A stretch of 64,000 nt of DNA from sequence record NC_055781.1, one strand, 5' to 3'. Numbering within the stretch: the first letter of the stretch is position 1; every line of letters begins with the position of its first letter. A model generated the notes under the pieces. It had not been told where the DNA came from, did no database searches, and saw nothing but the letters and a program-made list of their open reading frames with translations. This DNA comes from Escherichia phage p000v. The translations under genes were made by a program, and so were the position numbers. Positions 10,933 to 19,355 of this stretch are shown piece after piece.

Positions 10933-11295
10933 ATGAAATATCATGTATATGCGGATTTTGAAGCAAATCCTTCTAAAGACCCTGATTGTCGTTTGATACG
11001 CAGACCATTTGATTCGGCAGCTCAAGCCTGGGCCTGGATTAAATCTAAATCGCCTGGTTATATGTTCTTTGAAGTAGTCGATGACAATGGTACACTGCAT
11101 CCGGCCCCTACAGAAACTATTAATTTCCTTCTGTTTGCTGGTTATGAATATTATCCTTATGGCGGTATTGACGACTTATACGCTAAAGGAAAAACTGTTG
11201 AGGCTCTTCGCGAAATTTATAAAAACGCTGAAGAAAATTTTGACTGGTATCATATTGTTGATGCTCACACCTTTGAAGTGGTGGAACATTCATGA
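10933..11295 (+). CDS. hypothetical protein
   Basis: 120-aa ORF, tightly packed, no motif recognised. Confidence 0.55.
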   Translation: MKYHVYADFEANPSKDPDCRLIRRPFDSAAQAWAWIKSKSPGYMFFEVVDDNGTLHPAPTETINFLLFAGYEYYPYGGIDDLYAKGKTVEALREIYKNAEENFDWYHIVDAHTFEVVEHS

Positions 11296-11582
11296 TTCTT
11301 TATGCTAAAGTATCATCCGTCAAGAACGGTTATGAAAGCGACCAACGTGCAGCTAAAGCACTAGTTGATGACTACGGTATTCTGACCCTCTTTGAAGTTG
11401 AAAAGGTTTATATTGACCGTTCATCTTCACAGGTTAAATTACTCTGGGAAGACCGTAAATTTAATAGTGTGAACTTTGATTTCTTTATTGAAACAGAAAA
11501 AGGCCCTCTTGAATATGATATTTTCAAGAATCCTTTAAATCTTGAATGTATTGAGTATACTTACATTAATATGGTACGGTGA
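11292..11582 (+). CDS. hypothetical protein
   Basis: 96-aa ORF overlapping previous stop (ATGA). Confidence 0.55.
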   Translation: MILYAKVSSVKNGYESDQRAAKALVDDYGILTLFEVEKVYIDRSSSQVKLLWEDRKFNSVNFDFFIETEKGPLEYDIFKNPLNLECIEYTYINMVR

Positions 11583-11586
11583 GTAA

Positions 11587-12102
11587 ATGAATATTCGTTT
11601 AGGCAGTACAATTACTAAGGGCTACGTAATTGATGTCACTACCTATGAAAATGATGGTGACAACTATAAAACCAAAACATTGTTTGAAGTGGAAGAACAT
11701 GAGCTCCAACAGTTTAAATATCTCTTGAAGAAATTTAAGAGCCGTCATTCTAGCACCAAAGCCGAACGCTATTGCGGTAATACACCATTCAGTGATTGCT
11801 CGCTTATTATCTACGAATATCTGGTTGAAGGACTGTTCTCAGACCAACTCCAACCGGAATTTATTAAAAAGGTCTTTGGTATCGAAGTAGACCTTGGTGA
11901 TAAATCTGAAGAAGACGAAGCCCGCGTATTCGACCTGTTCTTTGTGAAAGGCGATGAGATATCTCAAGGACTTATTGATATTCTTGGCTATGCTTCTGAA
12001 TACTATGATTACGATTTCTTGCGTGTAGTTGAACGTGTCGAATTTGCTTATATTGAAAAAGAAATTGTTTTGCCAACAGTTAAAATGGTTGATTTGCTTT
12101 AA
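11587..12102 (+). CDS. hypothetical acidic protein
   Basis: 171-aa ORF with SD; no motif recognised. Confidence 0.55.
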   Translation: MNIRLGSTITKGYVIDVTTYENDGDNYKTKTLFEVEEHELQQFKYLLKKFKSRHSSTKAERYCGNTPFSDCSLIIYEYLVEGLFSDQLQPEFIKKVFGIEVDLGDKSEEDEARVFDLFFVKGDEISQGLIDILGYASEYYDYDFLRVVERVEFAYIEKEIVLPTVKMVDLL

Positions 12103-12181
12103 GAATTATGTGTTATTATTAATTCATACCCTCTATTACCAAAGGTGCTCTAAAGTGCCTTTCATAATAGAAAGTTATTAA

Positions 12182-12253
12182 GGCCCTGTAGCTCAATGGG
12201 AGAGCTGTCAGCTCATAACTGATAGGTAGCTGGATCGAAACCAGCCAGGGCCA
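12182..12253 (+). tRNA. tRNA with CAU anticodon (elongator Met or Ile2-type); CCA not encoded
   Basis: Hand-folded cloverleaf: acceptor GGCCCTG/CAGGGCC, D-stem GCTC/GAGC, anticodon stem GTCAG/CTGAT with loop CTCATAA, T-stem GCTGG/CCAGC; 1-72 pair is G-C so not an initiator. Confidence 0.8.
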
Positions 12254-12294
12254 TATTTTGGGAACATAAATACTCTTAGAAATAGGAGATATTT

Positions 12295-12963
12295 ATGTTC
12301 CATTACACTTATAAAATAACAAATAAAATTAATAATAAAATCTATATAGGCGCTCATTCTACCGAAAATTTAGATGATGGATATATGGGTTCTGGTAAAT
12401 TATTAAAAAGAGCCCAAGACAAGTATGGTATAGAAAATTTTAATAAAGAAATTTTAGAATTCTTTGACACTAAAGAGCAGATGTTTGAAGCCGAGAAAAA
12501 TATCGTAAACGAAGAATTTTTGAATCGTTCTGACGTATATAATTTAAAACTTGGTGGCGAAGGTGGTTGGGACCATTTAAATACTTACGAATTTAATTAT
12601 AAAAAGAAAGAAGCCTCTATTAAAGGAGCCAAAGCTTTTAAAGAGAGATTTGATTCTGATGAAGTGCTTCAAGAAAAATATCGTAAAATGGGTTCAGAGA
12701 AATTAAAGCATCTGTGGACTTTACCTGAATACAGAGAAAAATTCTCTAGCACTAAGTCGTTTTTAAATAAAAATCATACTTCCGAAACTATTGCTAAAAT
12801 GAAAGATACCCACGCCAGGAACAAACACCAACAAGGCGAGAAAAATTCCCAGTTTGGTACTATGTGGATTCATTCATTAGAAGAAAAGAAATCTAAGAAA
12901 ATTAAGAAAACCGATCCTATTCCGGAAGGTTGGATTAAAGGCTATAAACTAAAATTTAAGTGA
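12295..12963 (+). CDS. GIY-YIG homing endonuclease (SegB-like, tRNA region)
   Basis: YKITNKINNKIYIGAHS...GSGKL GIY-YIG motif; adjacent to tRNA as T4 segB. Confidence 0.85.
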   Translation: MFHYTYKITNKINNKIYIGAHSTENLDDGYMGSGKLLKRAQDKYGIENFNKEILEFFDTKEQMFEAEKNIVNEEFLNRSDVYNLKLGGEGGWDHLNTYEFNYKKKEASIKGAKAFKERFDSDEVLQEKYRKMGSEKLKHLWTLPEYREKFSSTKSFLNKNHTSETIAKMKDTHARNKHQQGEKNSQFGTMWIHSLEEKKSKKIKKTDPIPEGWIKGYKLKFK

Positions 12964-12970
12964 GGAAAAT

Positions 12971-13316
12971 ATGAAAGGTAATATTTATCTGGTAGTTCAT
13001 GATTTAACGTTTTATTTTAACGAACAGGATACAGTTATTTCGCGACCGGTTGATTAATTCATTATATCAACACGCTGATTACGTTTATTTCCAAAATGAA
13101 TTTGGCCATTGGAAGTTCCTTAAAAATCGTTCCGGGTTAACTAGTTTTGAATACTTTGACCGTAAAGACCTTTTAAACGAAATTCCATTGCAACATCGGT
13201 TCCAGAAACGCGAATCATTATATTATTGCCGTCATATACCAAACGCAGAATGTGCCAATGAAGCGATTAATCTATGGCGTAGACGTAGAGAACAAATTGA
13301 TGATATGCCAAAATAA
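12971..13316 (+). pseudogene. possible frameshifted gene (28-codon ORF with strong SD, then 88-codon frame lacking ATG)
   Basis: ATG 12971 with GAGGA SD opens a 28-codon frame ending 13057; an overlapping frame is open from 13008 to 13316 with no ATG; T-rich run at 13011-13020. Confidence 0.35.
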
Positions 13317-13617
13317 GAAGCCGGGTCGCTACCGGCAAGACGTCGGACTGATGTTCCCTGGGTAAGGACTGGTCTTAATAAATCTTTACGATTTGTTAAT
13401 ATCCCCTTACATCACAGCAGAAACGGCGCGCAGAATTATCGATTCGAGGAAATATCTTTGCCGTAAGCCGAGTAGCGTTTTTGACGGAACGTTCGGATAT
13501 GGTCGAGATATGGCCTTTTAAAAATATTGAGTAGCGTCAACTGCTTAATAACCGGGTTCGAATCCCGGCGTTTCGTACAAACACTTACCTAGTAGGTGGA
13601 AACCCCGACAAGGTATA
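13317..13617 (+). ncRNA. candidate stable small RNA(s) with tRNA-like 3' element (analogous to T4 RNA C/D region)
   Basis: 300-bp ORF-free stretch beside tRNA/seg locus; T-arm-like CCGGGTTCGAATCCCGG (13552-13568) plus acceptor-like pairing CGGAACG/CGTTTCG; ends at strong terminator. Confidence 0.3.
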
Positions 13618-13647
13618 AAGCCCCTTCCGAAAGGTTGGGGCTTTTTT
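13618..13647 (+). terminator. intrinsic terminator
   Basis: Stem AAGCCCC/GGGGCTT followed by TTTTTT. Confidence 0.8.
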
Positions 13648-13648
13648 G

Positions 13649-13656
13649 TATAAATA
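13649..13656 (+). promoter_or_regulatory. T4-type late promoter TATAAATA
   Basis: Exact TATAAATA 36 nt upstream of CTS protein gene at 13692. Confidence 0.6.
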
Positions 13657-13691
13657 TAGTAAACAATAAACCTACTTTCTAAGGACCATCG

Positions 13692-14318
13692 ATGTATACT
13701 TTTAATGAATTTTTAGCCGAAACGGAAGTAATCACCGAAGCCGGTGTACGTATGACAAAAGAGAAATGGCAAGCTGCTTACGATGCTATTTCTGGTACAA
13801 AAACTAGTACAGAGTTTTTCAAAAACGTTCAAGCCATGTACGGTATCGACACTTCCAGCCAAAAAGAATATTACAGAGCTTCTAAAGCATTCAAAGATAT
13901 TGTTAGTGGTGGTGTTTCTGCTAAATCTGGTTCGCCTAAAGTAAAACCTGCTCCTACCATTCCTAAACCTGCGACCCCTAAAGCAATAGCAAAACCTGAG
14001 CCTAAGCCTGAAGTAAAAGCAACTCCTAAAGCTCCTGCTCTTAAGTTTGATACTTCTAGCCTGGAAAAAAAATATAGACAACTATCTTCGCTTGTTCGTG
14101 ATATTGAATCCGATACATCTTCACTCGTTCGTGAATTCAATAGTCTTCGTAATGGCCAACATATCAACAACCTTGATACCCCAGACCTTTATCGTCTTTA
14201 TTTGACTATCGAAGGTTTGAAGTATACTCAACCACTTCATGATGAGATTAAAGAAAAACTTCGACAAGCAGGTCGTTTGGCTGCTGACGCTGCTCAGTAT
14301 GCAAAAACTCGTAAGTAA
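13692..14318 (+). CDS. capsid-targeted protein (CTS-like leader MYTFNEFLAE) with Pro/Lys-rich linker
   Basis: N-terminus resembles internal-protein leader; PKxKPAPTIPKPATPK repeat region; late promoter upstream. Confidence 0.7.
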   Translation: MYTFNEFLAETEVITEAGVRMTKEKWQAAYDAISGTKTSTEFFKNVQAMYGIDTSSQKEYYRASKAFKDIVSGGVSAKSGSPKVKPAPTIPKPATPKAIAKPEPKPEVKATPKAPALKFDTSSLEKKYRQLSSLVRDIESDTSSLVREFNSLRNGQHINNLDTPDLYRLYLTIEGLKYTQPLHDEIKEKLRQAGRLAADAAQYAKTRK

Positions 14319-14370
14319 AGAATGGGGACTTCGGTCCCCATTAGGGGGTCTATAACTTACTGAAAAAGTT

Positions 14371-14399
14371 GTTTACTTCTTCCCTAGATGTGTTACTAT
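14371..14399 (+). promoter_or_regulatory. early-type promoter (GTTTAC / TACTAT)
   Basis: 17-bp spacer; same cassette family as other early promoters in window. Confidence 0.55.
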
Positions 14400-14429
14400 A
14401 GAACCTATCAACAACATGAGGAAAATGTT

Positions 14430-14933
14430 ATGAGTCTTTACACTGAACTGAATAAAAAATCTGAAGAATCTGCTGAAACTATTTTTAAAAACGTGCAAAA
14501 GCGTATTTTAGAAAAGATGTATAACGCTGCATCTAAAGGTGAAAAATCTTGCCAGTTTCCGATGAGGTGTTCTTCTGATTTATGCGCAAATACTATTGAA
14601 TGGTTGGAAAGTGAAGGTCTTACAGTAGAGAAAAACCCGGCGACTTCTATTGACAGTGAATCATATATTAGTATTTCTTGGGATAAATCAAGGGTAGAAG
14701 AGAAAGATGGTGATTGGGTTGTAGATGTTAAAACTTCTGATGGTGGACGTTCTGTTGAAGTTTCAGCTGTAGTTAAAGGTACCCACGAACAAAGGACTTG
14801 GGGCTGGGGTGGTGAAGAAAAAGAAATTGTTCTTAGTGTGATTGCCAGGTCAACTAGTAATAAAATTGCACAAAGCATCATTGACGCTGCAATTGCTGAA
14901 GCAGAAAAAATTTGCAAAATTAAAAATAAATGA
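14430..14933 (+). CDS. hypothetical protein
   Basis: Start set at MSLYTELNKK (GAGGA SD, 7-nt spacing); 167 aa. Confidence 0.6.
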   Translation: MSLYTELNKKSEESAETIFKNVQKRILEKMYNAASKGEKSCQFPMRCSSDLCANTIEWLESEGLTVEKNPATSIDSESYISISWDKSRVEEKDGDWVVDVKTSDGGRSVEVSAVVKGTHEQRTWGWGGEEKEIVLSVIARSTSNKIAQSIIDAAIAEAEKICKIKNK

Positions 14934-14992
14934 TGTACAATCACCAAGGATGGTGATACTATAGACTTATCAACTACAGAGGAGTAAACAAA

Positions 14993-15157
14993 ATGACTAC
15001 TTTAATTATTTGGTTCGATGAAAATGAAGAAACATACTGTGTGAATATTGGTGAAAGCCCAATGCCTGAATTTGAATCCTCAGATAAAAACTCTGTTGTA
15101 TCTTGGGCTGAAGGTTATAAAGCAGCTAAAGGTGACGTTGAAATAATTTACATCTAA
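14993..15157 (+). CDS. small hypothetical protein (54 aa)
   Basis: Not in ORF track (<60 aa); GAGGAG SD 6 nt before ATG; preceded by promoter-like cassette. Confidence 0.45.
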   Translation: MTTLIIWFDENEETYCVNIGESPMPEFESSDKNSVVSWAEGYKAAKGDVEIIYI

Positions 15158-15203
15158 GTAAGTTTATGTTATAGTAGTTCTATCAAAACAAGAGGAAAAC
15201 AAA

Positions 15204-15431
15204 ATGGCTAAAGTTAGTATTGATGTCGTTGATTATGAATACACAGAAGAAGTTATTCGCAACCGTCACCCTGAAGTTCGTATCGATTCAGTACAAGATT
15301 CCAAGTTCTGGACAACTGAGCTTAATCTGAGTGGTCCTTATGAAGCTGTTAAGAAGTTCATGGTTGAAGAATACTGCGAAGGCATGCACCCCGAAGACGC
15401 CAAGTTTTATGTCAATTTGATTAAAAAATAA
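15204..15431 (+). CDS. hypothetical acidic protein
   Basis: 75-aa ORF with SD. Confidence 0.55.
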   Translation: MAKVSIDVVDYEYTEEVIRNRHPEVRIDSVQDSKFWTTELNLSGPYEAVKKFMVEEYCEGMHPEDAKFYVNLIKK

Positions 15432-15466
15432 TTTACAAACTCTTGAGAGCAGAGTATAATGCTCTC
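15432..15466 (+). promoter_or_regulatory. early-type promoter (TTTACA / TATAAT) with inverted repeat GAGAGCA/TGCTCTC; part of 45-bp exact repeat
   Basis: 17-bp spacer; inverted repeat flanks -10; sequence 15435-15479 recurs identically at 44500-44544. Confidence 0.6.
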
Positions 15467-15501
15467 GTTGGATAATAAACCACCAATTGAAAGGTAATAA
15501 T

Positions 15502-16095
15502 ATGAACACACTGAAGAAACTTGTTGAATTCATCCGCACTAAACTGGGTACTGCTATGGCTAAAAATCTGACTGTAGAAGAACAGTATAACGCAGCTGCA
15601 GATAAGTTGATTACCCAAATCAAAGAACTAAAAACGGCTTCTGTTAAATCTATTAACGAAGAAAAACGTATTCGCGAACTTGTTAATGAAAAGAACAAGC
15701 AAGCCGCTTCTAAGGAACGTGAAATTCGTAAGCTCCTGGCTGAAGGACAAGATGTTACCATGCATGCTAAGCTTGGTCTTCTGTATCGTCGAACTGCCGA
15801 ACAACTTAATACAAAAGCTGACGGTTATGCCGCTATGCGAATTGAAATTGCTCGTAAGGTGGTTGAACTTGATGATGCTCGTCAGAACCTGGCAATCAAA
15901 CTCGAATACATTCGTGAAACTCGAGCAGCCAATGCCCTTGGTATCTCTACGGCTGATGATGTGATTGAAATTGCTGCACTGACTAAGGTTGATATCGAAG
16001 ACACTCTGACTCGTGTCGAAACATTCAATGGCACTCCAGCCGGTGTCGAAACCACTTCTGCTGATGTACAAGAATATATTAACTCTTTGAAATAA
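15502..16095 (+). CDS. coiled-coil protein, possible PspA/IM30-like
   Basis: 197 aa, start MNTLKKL with AAAGG SD; long amphipathic heptad-rich helices; resemblance to PspA is architectural only. Confidence 0.55.
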   Translation: MNTLKKLVEFIRTKLGTAMAKNLTVEEQYNAAADKLITQIKELKTASVKSINEEKRIRELVNEKNKQAASKEREIRKLLAEGQDVTMHAKLGLLYRRTAEQLNTKADGYAAMRIEIARKVVELDDARQNLAIKLEYIRETRAANALGISTADDVIEIAALTKVDIEDTLTRVETFNGTPAGVETTSADVQEYINSLK

Positions 16096-16103
16096 AATAA
16101 TAC

Positions 16104-16125
16104 GGAGGACTCCGGTCCTCCTTTT
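16104..16125 (+). terminator. intrinsic terminator
   Basis: GGAGGAC-UCCG-GUCCUCC hairpin followed by TTTT. Confidence 0.75.
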
Positions 16126-16144
16126 GGATAATAAAGGAGTTAAC

Positions 16145-16747
16145 ATGCGAAACCAAAATAATGATATTGACTCAATGTTCGAAGAGTTCCGAGATAAGGT
16201 AAATCCACCTACGTCTTTAGTTGATTCATTACGATATGTTGCAACTGGGCGTAAATGGTACTGGTCGTCTTCTTATGAGACCACCGAGAAAACAGCTAGC
16301 CATAGCAGAAAATCTTTATTGGCCCCGGGTATTATGATTCATGATATCGGAGCTATTGCTAAACTAGTTGCAGACCATGATATTAGATTCACTGATTTCG
16401 TTGCTCCTACGTGGTCTGTTTGTTGTTTAAACACTGAATGGGAATATATCAGCGAACGCTCTGAAGATTATTATGGTTTTAGAGATAAGCTTCTGAGGTC
16501 TAATATGTTTTATATCGATACAGAAGTTCTAGTCGATAATAAAAAATATTACTTTACGTTAATCATCGATTCTGAAACTATGTATGAAGGCAAGCCTTTG
16601 CTTAAAAGAGTTGATGCTTTAAGTGCTATTGATGCGCTTTATGAAACTATGGTTGTTAGTCCTAATTTCACTAACAATTTAATCCTTGAGCAATTTATTA
16701 TGGAATGTAGAGAATATGTCAAAGCCAACCCTATACATGCCAAGTAA
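16145..16747 (+). CDS. hypothetical protein
   Basis: Start at ATG 16145 with AAGGAG SD; 200 aa. Confidence 0.6.
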   Translation: MRNQNNDIDSMFEEFRDKVNPPTSLVDSLRYVATGRKWYWSSSYETTEKTASHSRKSLLAPGIMIHDIGAIAKLVADHDIRFTDFVAPTWSVCCLNTEWEYISERSEDYYGFRDKLLRSNMFYIDTEVLVDNKKYYFTLIIDSETMYEGKPLLKRVDALSAIDALYETMVVSPNFTNNLILEQFIMECREYVKANPIHAK

Positions 16748-17108
16748 GCCCTGGGCGTATGAATACAAGCGTAAATTAATCCCAAATGAAGTACTATTTG
16801 GCCCTATTTTAGCTTTAGCATTTTTAATCTTTATGATTATAGGAGCTGTTTTAGATTCTAGTGAAGTTATATCGTCTGATGCAGCATTTTCATTAATGTT
16901 CGTCGCACCACTTATTATACCGTTTTTATTAATGCCTATTAACTGGATGGGATATTGGTACCAAGGACGTCATCACAGAGCCCGATTAAGAGAATGGAAA
17001 GTTCAGTGCGCAAAAGCCCAAGCTCAGTATGATGAAGCTGTTAAAAAGTATGAATATGAAGAAGCTATGGAATTCGTTAAGGAAATAAGATGCAAAAGCC
17101 TTAACTGA
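16716..17108 (+). CDS. small membrane protein with C-terminal EFVKEIRCK-type tail
   Basis: Two hydrophobic helices; overlaps previous gene end; start uncertain (16716 or 16737). Confidence 0.5.
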   Translation: MSKPTLYMPSKPWAYEYKRKLIPNEVLFGPILALAFLIFMIIGAVLDSSEVISSDAAFSLMFVAPLIIPFLLMPINWMGYWYQGRHHRARLREWKVQCAKAQAQYDEAVKKYEYEEAMEFVKEIRCKSLN

Positions 17109-17117
17109 ATTTATGCT

Positions 17118-17147
17118 GTTTACGCTTCTCAAATGATTAGTTATAAT
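17118..17147 (+). promoter_or_regulatory. early-type promoter (GTTTAC / TATAAT)
   Basis: 18-bp spacer; upstream of tandem paralog triplet. Confidence 0.55.
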
Positions 17148-17206
17148 GAACTCCTAGCTAAACGTGAAAATGAAACAATCGAAAACTTTATTAAGGAATG
17201 TAGAAA

Positions 17207-17512
17207 ATGAGTAAGATTATTGAAATTAAAGTACCAGAGTTTAATGATGCCAAATCCGCTTCAGATGCAATTTATAAACTTCTGAATCAAGCTGAACGTA
17301 TCGAAGAAGAAGCAACAAAGATCGCAGACCAATACGCTGTATCGTTTTCTGTAGGTGATTATGGTAGCGGTCGTACTTATTATCCTAAGGGTGAAATCGT
17401 ATCCCAGTGGATGAAAAATGAAATTGAAAATAATGGTGGCGACGTTAAGCGTGAAGGTAATGGTTACGTTATTACTGAAGGTGCTTGGGTTTCGTCTTCT
17501 GCGTTGTGCTAA
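17207..17512 (+). CDS. small protein, paralog 1 of tandem family with C-terminal GWVSSSxxC motif
   Basis: Ends GAWVSSSALC; first of three tandem ORFs with related tails. Confidence 0.65.
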   Translation: MSKIIEIKVPEFNDAKSASDAIYKLLNQAERIEEEATKIADQYAVSFSVGDYGSGRTYYPKGEIVSQWMKNEIENNGGDVKREGNGYVITEGAWVSSSALC

Positions 17513-17521
17513 GGAATCATT

Positions 17522-17794
17522 ATGTCTAAAGAACAAACCGAACTGGCTGAAGCCGTAGCAAAAATCTATGCAGCTATTGAGGCTGCCAAAGAAATTGCTA
17601 ATAAACAAAACACAACATTCGACTTGTATCCAGCTTATGGCATGGGTGGAACCTATCATTCACCAGGACATCTTAAAGCCGATCTTGAACGTTGTACAAA
17701 AAACGGCTATGCTGAATGGGCTGACGTTTACCAATACGACTACAACTTGAGCCTTGAAGATGGCGGTTGGGTTGCATCTTCTCACACTTGTTAA
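17522..17794 (+). CDS. small protein, paralog 2 (C-terminal GGWVASSHTC)
   Basis: 90 aa; shared C-terminal motif and SD context. Confidence 0.65.
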   Translation: MSKEQTELAEAVAKIYAAIEAAKEIANKQNTTFDLYPAYGMGGTYHSPGHLKADLERCTKNGYAEWADVYQYDYNLSLEDGGWVASSHTC

Positions 17795-17803
17795 GGAAAT
17801 CAT

Positions 17804-18001
17804 ATGTCTCGTGAATTAGATTGTGCTGTACGTACAGCAGTAGCTGCCCTAGAAAACCTGTTCCAGATTGCAACCGAAGAGCGTGAAGAAGTTACATTGT
17901 GGATTGAAGATAACGCAGGTCTGAATCTCCAGGACGCAATCTCGTTATCAAATAATAGTATTACTGTTCAAGGCTGGGTATCATCTAGTTATTCTTGCTA
18001 A
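17804..18001 (+). CDS. small protein, paralog 3 (C-terminal QGWVSSSYSC)
   Basis: 65 aa; shared C-terminal motif. Confidence 0.6.
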   Translation: MSRELDCAVRTAVAALENLFQIATEEREEVTLWIEDNAGLNLQDAISLSNNSITVQGWVSSSYSC

Positions 18002-18005
18002 AACA

Positions 18006-18043
18006 GTTTACAACAAGATAGGGCTATGTTATAGTAGTCCTAT
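18006..18043 (+). promoter_or_regulatory. early-type promoter with inverted repeat GATAGGGCTA/TAGTCCTATC (PeSL-like)
   Basis: GTTTAC, TATAGT; near-identical to cassettes at 10680 and 19298. Confidence 0.6.
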
Positions 18044-18063
18044 CAAATTAAATGGAGTCTACA

Positions 18064-18303
18064 ATGATTTATTATGAAAGTATCGGAACCGAAGTAGTTG
18101 CTAAAACTATTACTCGTGAAAAGTTTGCAAAGATATTCGATATGCGTTATAAAAAATCTGAACACAAAGGCATCCGATTCGAAGATGCGCACTGTACAAT
18201 TTGCCCTTATAATGAAGACATAAACGGTACAATCGTTCCATTGGTAGAGGCTTCACATGATGACCTCTGGGATGAATATAATATCGCATGTCGCGAAATT
18301 TAA
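18064..18303 (+). CDS. hypothetical protein
   Basis: Start set at MIYYESIG (GGAG SD 6 nt upstream); 79 aa. Confidence 0.55.
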   Translation: MIYYESIGTEVVAKTITREKFAKIFDMRYKKSEHKGIRFEDAHCTICPYNEDINGTIVPLVEASHDDLWDEYNIACREI

Positions 18304-18328
18304 GTAATCTAAATTCGAGGAAATTATT

Positions 18329-19285
18329 ATGATGTTAGTTATTGGTTCTCGTGCACTTCACTATCACGGCCTTATTGATTCTAGCGCTATCAAAAATAGT
18401 GATTGGGACTTTATTGCGGACCAAGGTTCTTGGAATGTATTCAAAAATCAAATGATGGGCGTATATGTTCACCAAGATAACCCTGATGTCCAAGTTTTCA
18501 AATGCTTCCATAATGGACGCGAAACTCATTTTGAAGCATACATTGTTCCGGCAATCACTAATGTCCGTGAATTAGTCGGTGAACTCACTCCTGAAGATTT
18601 CACGTCTTCTTATGACCTTTTAAAATACGCCAAGAAAAATTTGACTAAAGACCGTTTGAACGGGTTTTACTGGGCAACTCCTGAGATGTGTCTTGCAATT
18701 AAGATGTCTCATCGTTTCAAGAAAAATAATCCATTCTTTTTAAAGACTATGAACCATATTCAGTATCTTCGTGGTAAAGGTGTTACACTGAACGATGAAC
18801 TTACTGAAATTATGCTGAAACGCCAGAAAGAAACCTTGAATTATGCTCACCCGGTTCTTGACACTTCTAAAAGCGCATTCTTTAAAGATGACATCTACAC
18901 ATACGATCATGATACTATTCACGAAGCCATTGCACTAACAGACCGTCCAGCGTATACATTTTATATGAAAGATGGTTCTGAAGTCATGACCTCACGCGAG
19001 AAGTTCGAATCATTACCGGAAATGGTCAAATTGGCCGGCGTATACGAAGAATCATGTGTACTAGCATTAGAACGTTCTCAGATTCCTAATAACTTTGAAA
19101 TCCATCCACGTGATAGTTTTATGATAGCTCTTGAAAAGGTCTGTACTTCAATCACGTCAGGCTGGTTCCGTGAGTATGCCTGGGAGAACTATGGCAAAGT
19201 AGTAAGTATGTATCAAAGCTTAGGACATGACGATTATGTCAAACGTTTCAAACAAAATTTCCATATGGTAAAACCTTTCAAATAA
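18329..19285 (+). CDS. hypothetical protein (318 aa)
   Basis: Long ORF with GAGGA SD; no confident motif. Confidence 0.65.
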   Translation: MMLVIGSRALHYHGLIDSSAIKNSDWDFIADQGSWNVFKNQMMGVYVHQDNPDVQVFKCFHNGRETHFEAYIVPAITNVRELVGELTPEDFTSSYDLLKYAKKNLTKDRLNGFYWATPEMCLAIKMSHRFKKNNPFFLKTMNHIQYLRGKGVTLNDELTEIMLKRQKETLNYAHPVLDTSKSAFFKDDIYTYDHDTIHEAIALTDRPAYTFYMKDGSEVMTSREKFESLPEMVKLAGVYEESCVLALERSQIPNNFEIHPRDSFMIALEKVCTSITSGWFREYAWENYGKVVSMYQSLGHDDYVKRFKQNFHMVKPFK

Positions 19286-19297
19286 CTTCACAAAACT

Positions 19298-19334
19298 GTT
19301 TACAACAAGATAGGACTATGTTATAGTAGTCCTA
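19298..19334 (+). promoter_or_regulatory. early-type promoter with inverted repeat GATAGGACTA/TAGTCCTAT (PeSL-like)
   Basis: GTTTAC, TATAGT; same cassette family. Confidence 0.6.
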
Positions 19335-19355
19335 TTAAAACACGAGGAGAATATT

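Noticed and set aside
13485-13576. Second tRNA gene ending at the GGTTCGAATCC T-arm
   Set aside because: Acceptor and T-arm pair, but no acceptable D-arm or 7-nt anticodon loop could be folded in the 60 nt between; kept only as a tRNA-like element within a candidate stable RNA
13713-14170. Minus-strand ORFs 13713..14081 and 13871..14170
   Set aside because: Antisense to the CTS protein gene; Arg/Phe/Cys-rich low-complexity translation with no start context
14324-14339. GGGGAC-UUCG-GUCCCC hairpin after the CTS protein gene as a terminator
   Set aside because: No U-tract follows; may be an RNA stability or processing element rather than an intrinsic terminator
14438-16146. Minus-strand ORFs 14438..14947, 15288..15761, 15433..15618, 15628..16146 and plus-strand 15680..15964
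   Set aside because: Overlap plus-strand genes that have SD sequences, promoters and terminators; whole region is transcribed rightward
18329-18420. Nucleotidyltransferase motif at N-terminus of the 318-aa protein (IGS...DWD)
   Set aside because: About 18 residues between the GS and the acidic pair, longer than the 9-13 typical of the fold; not claimed
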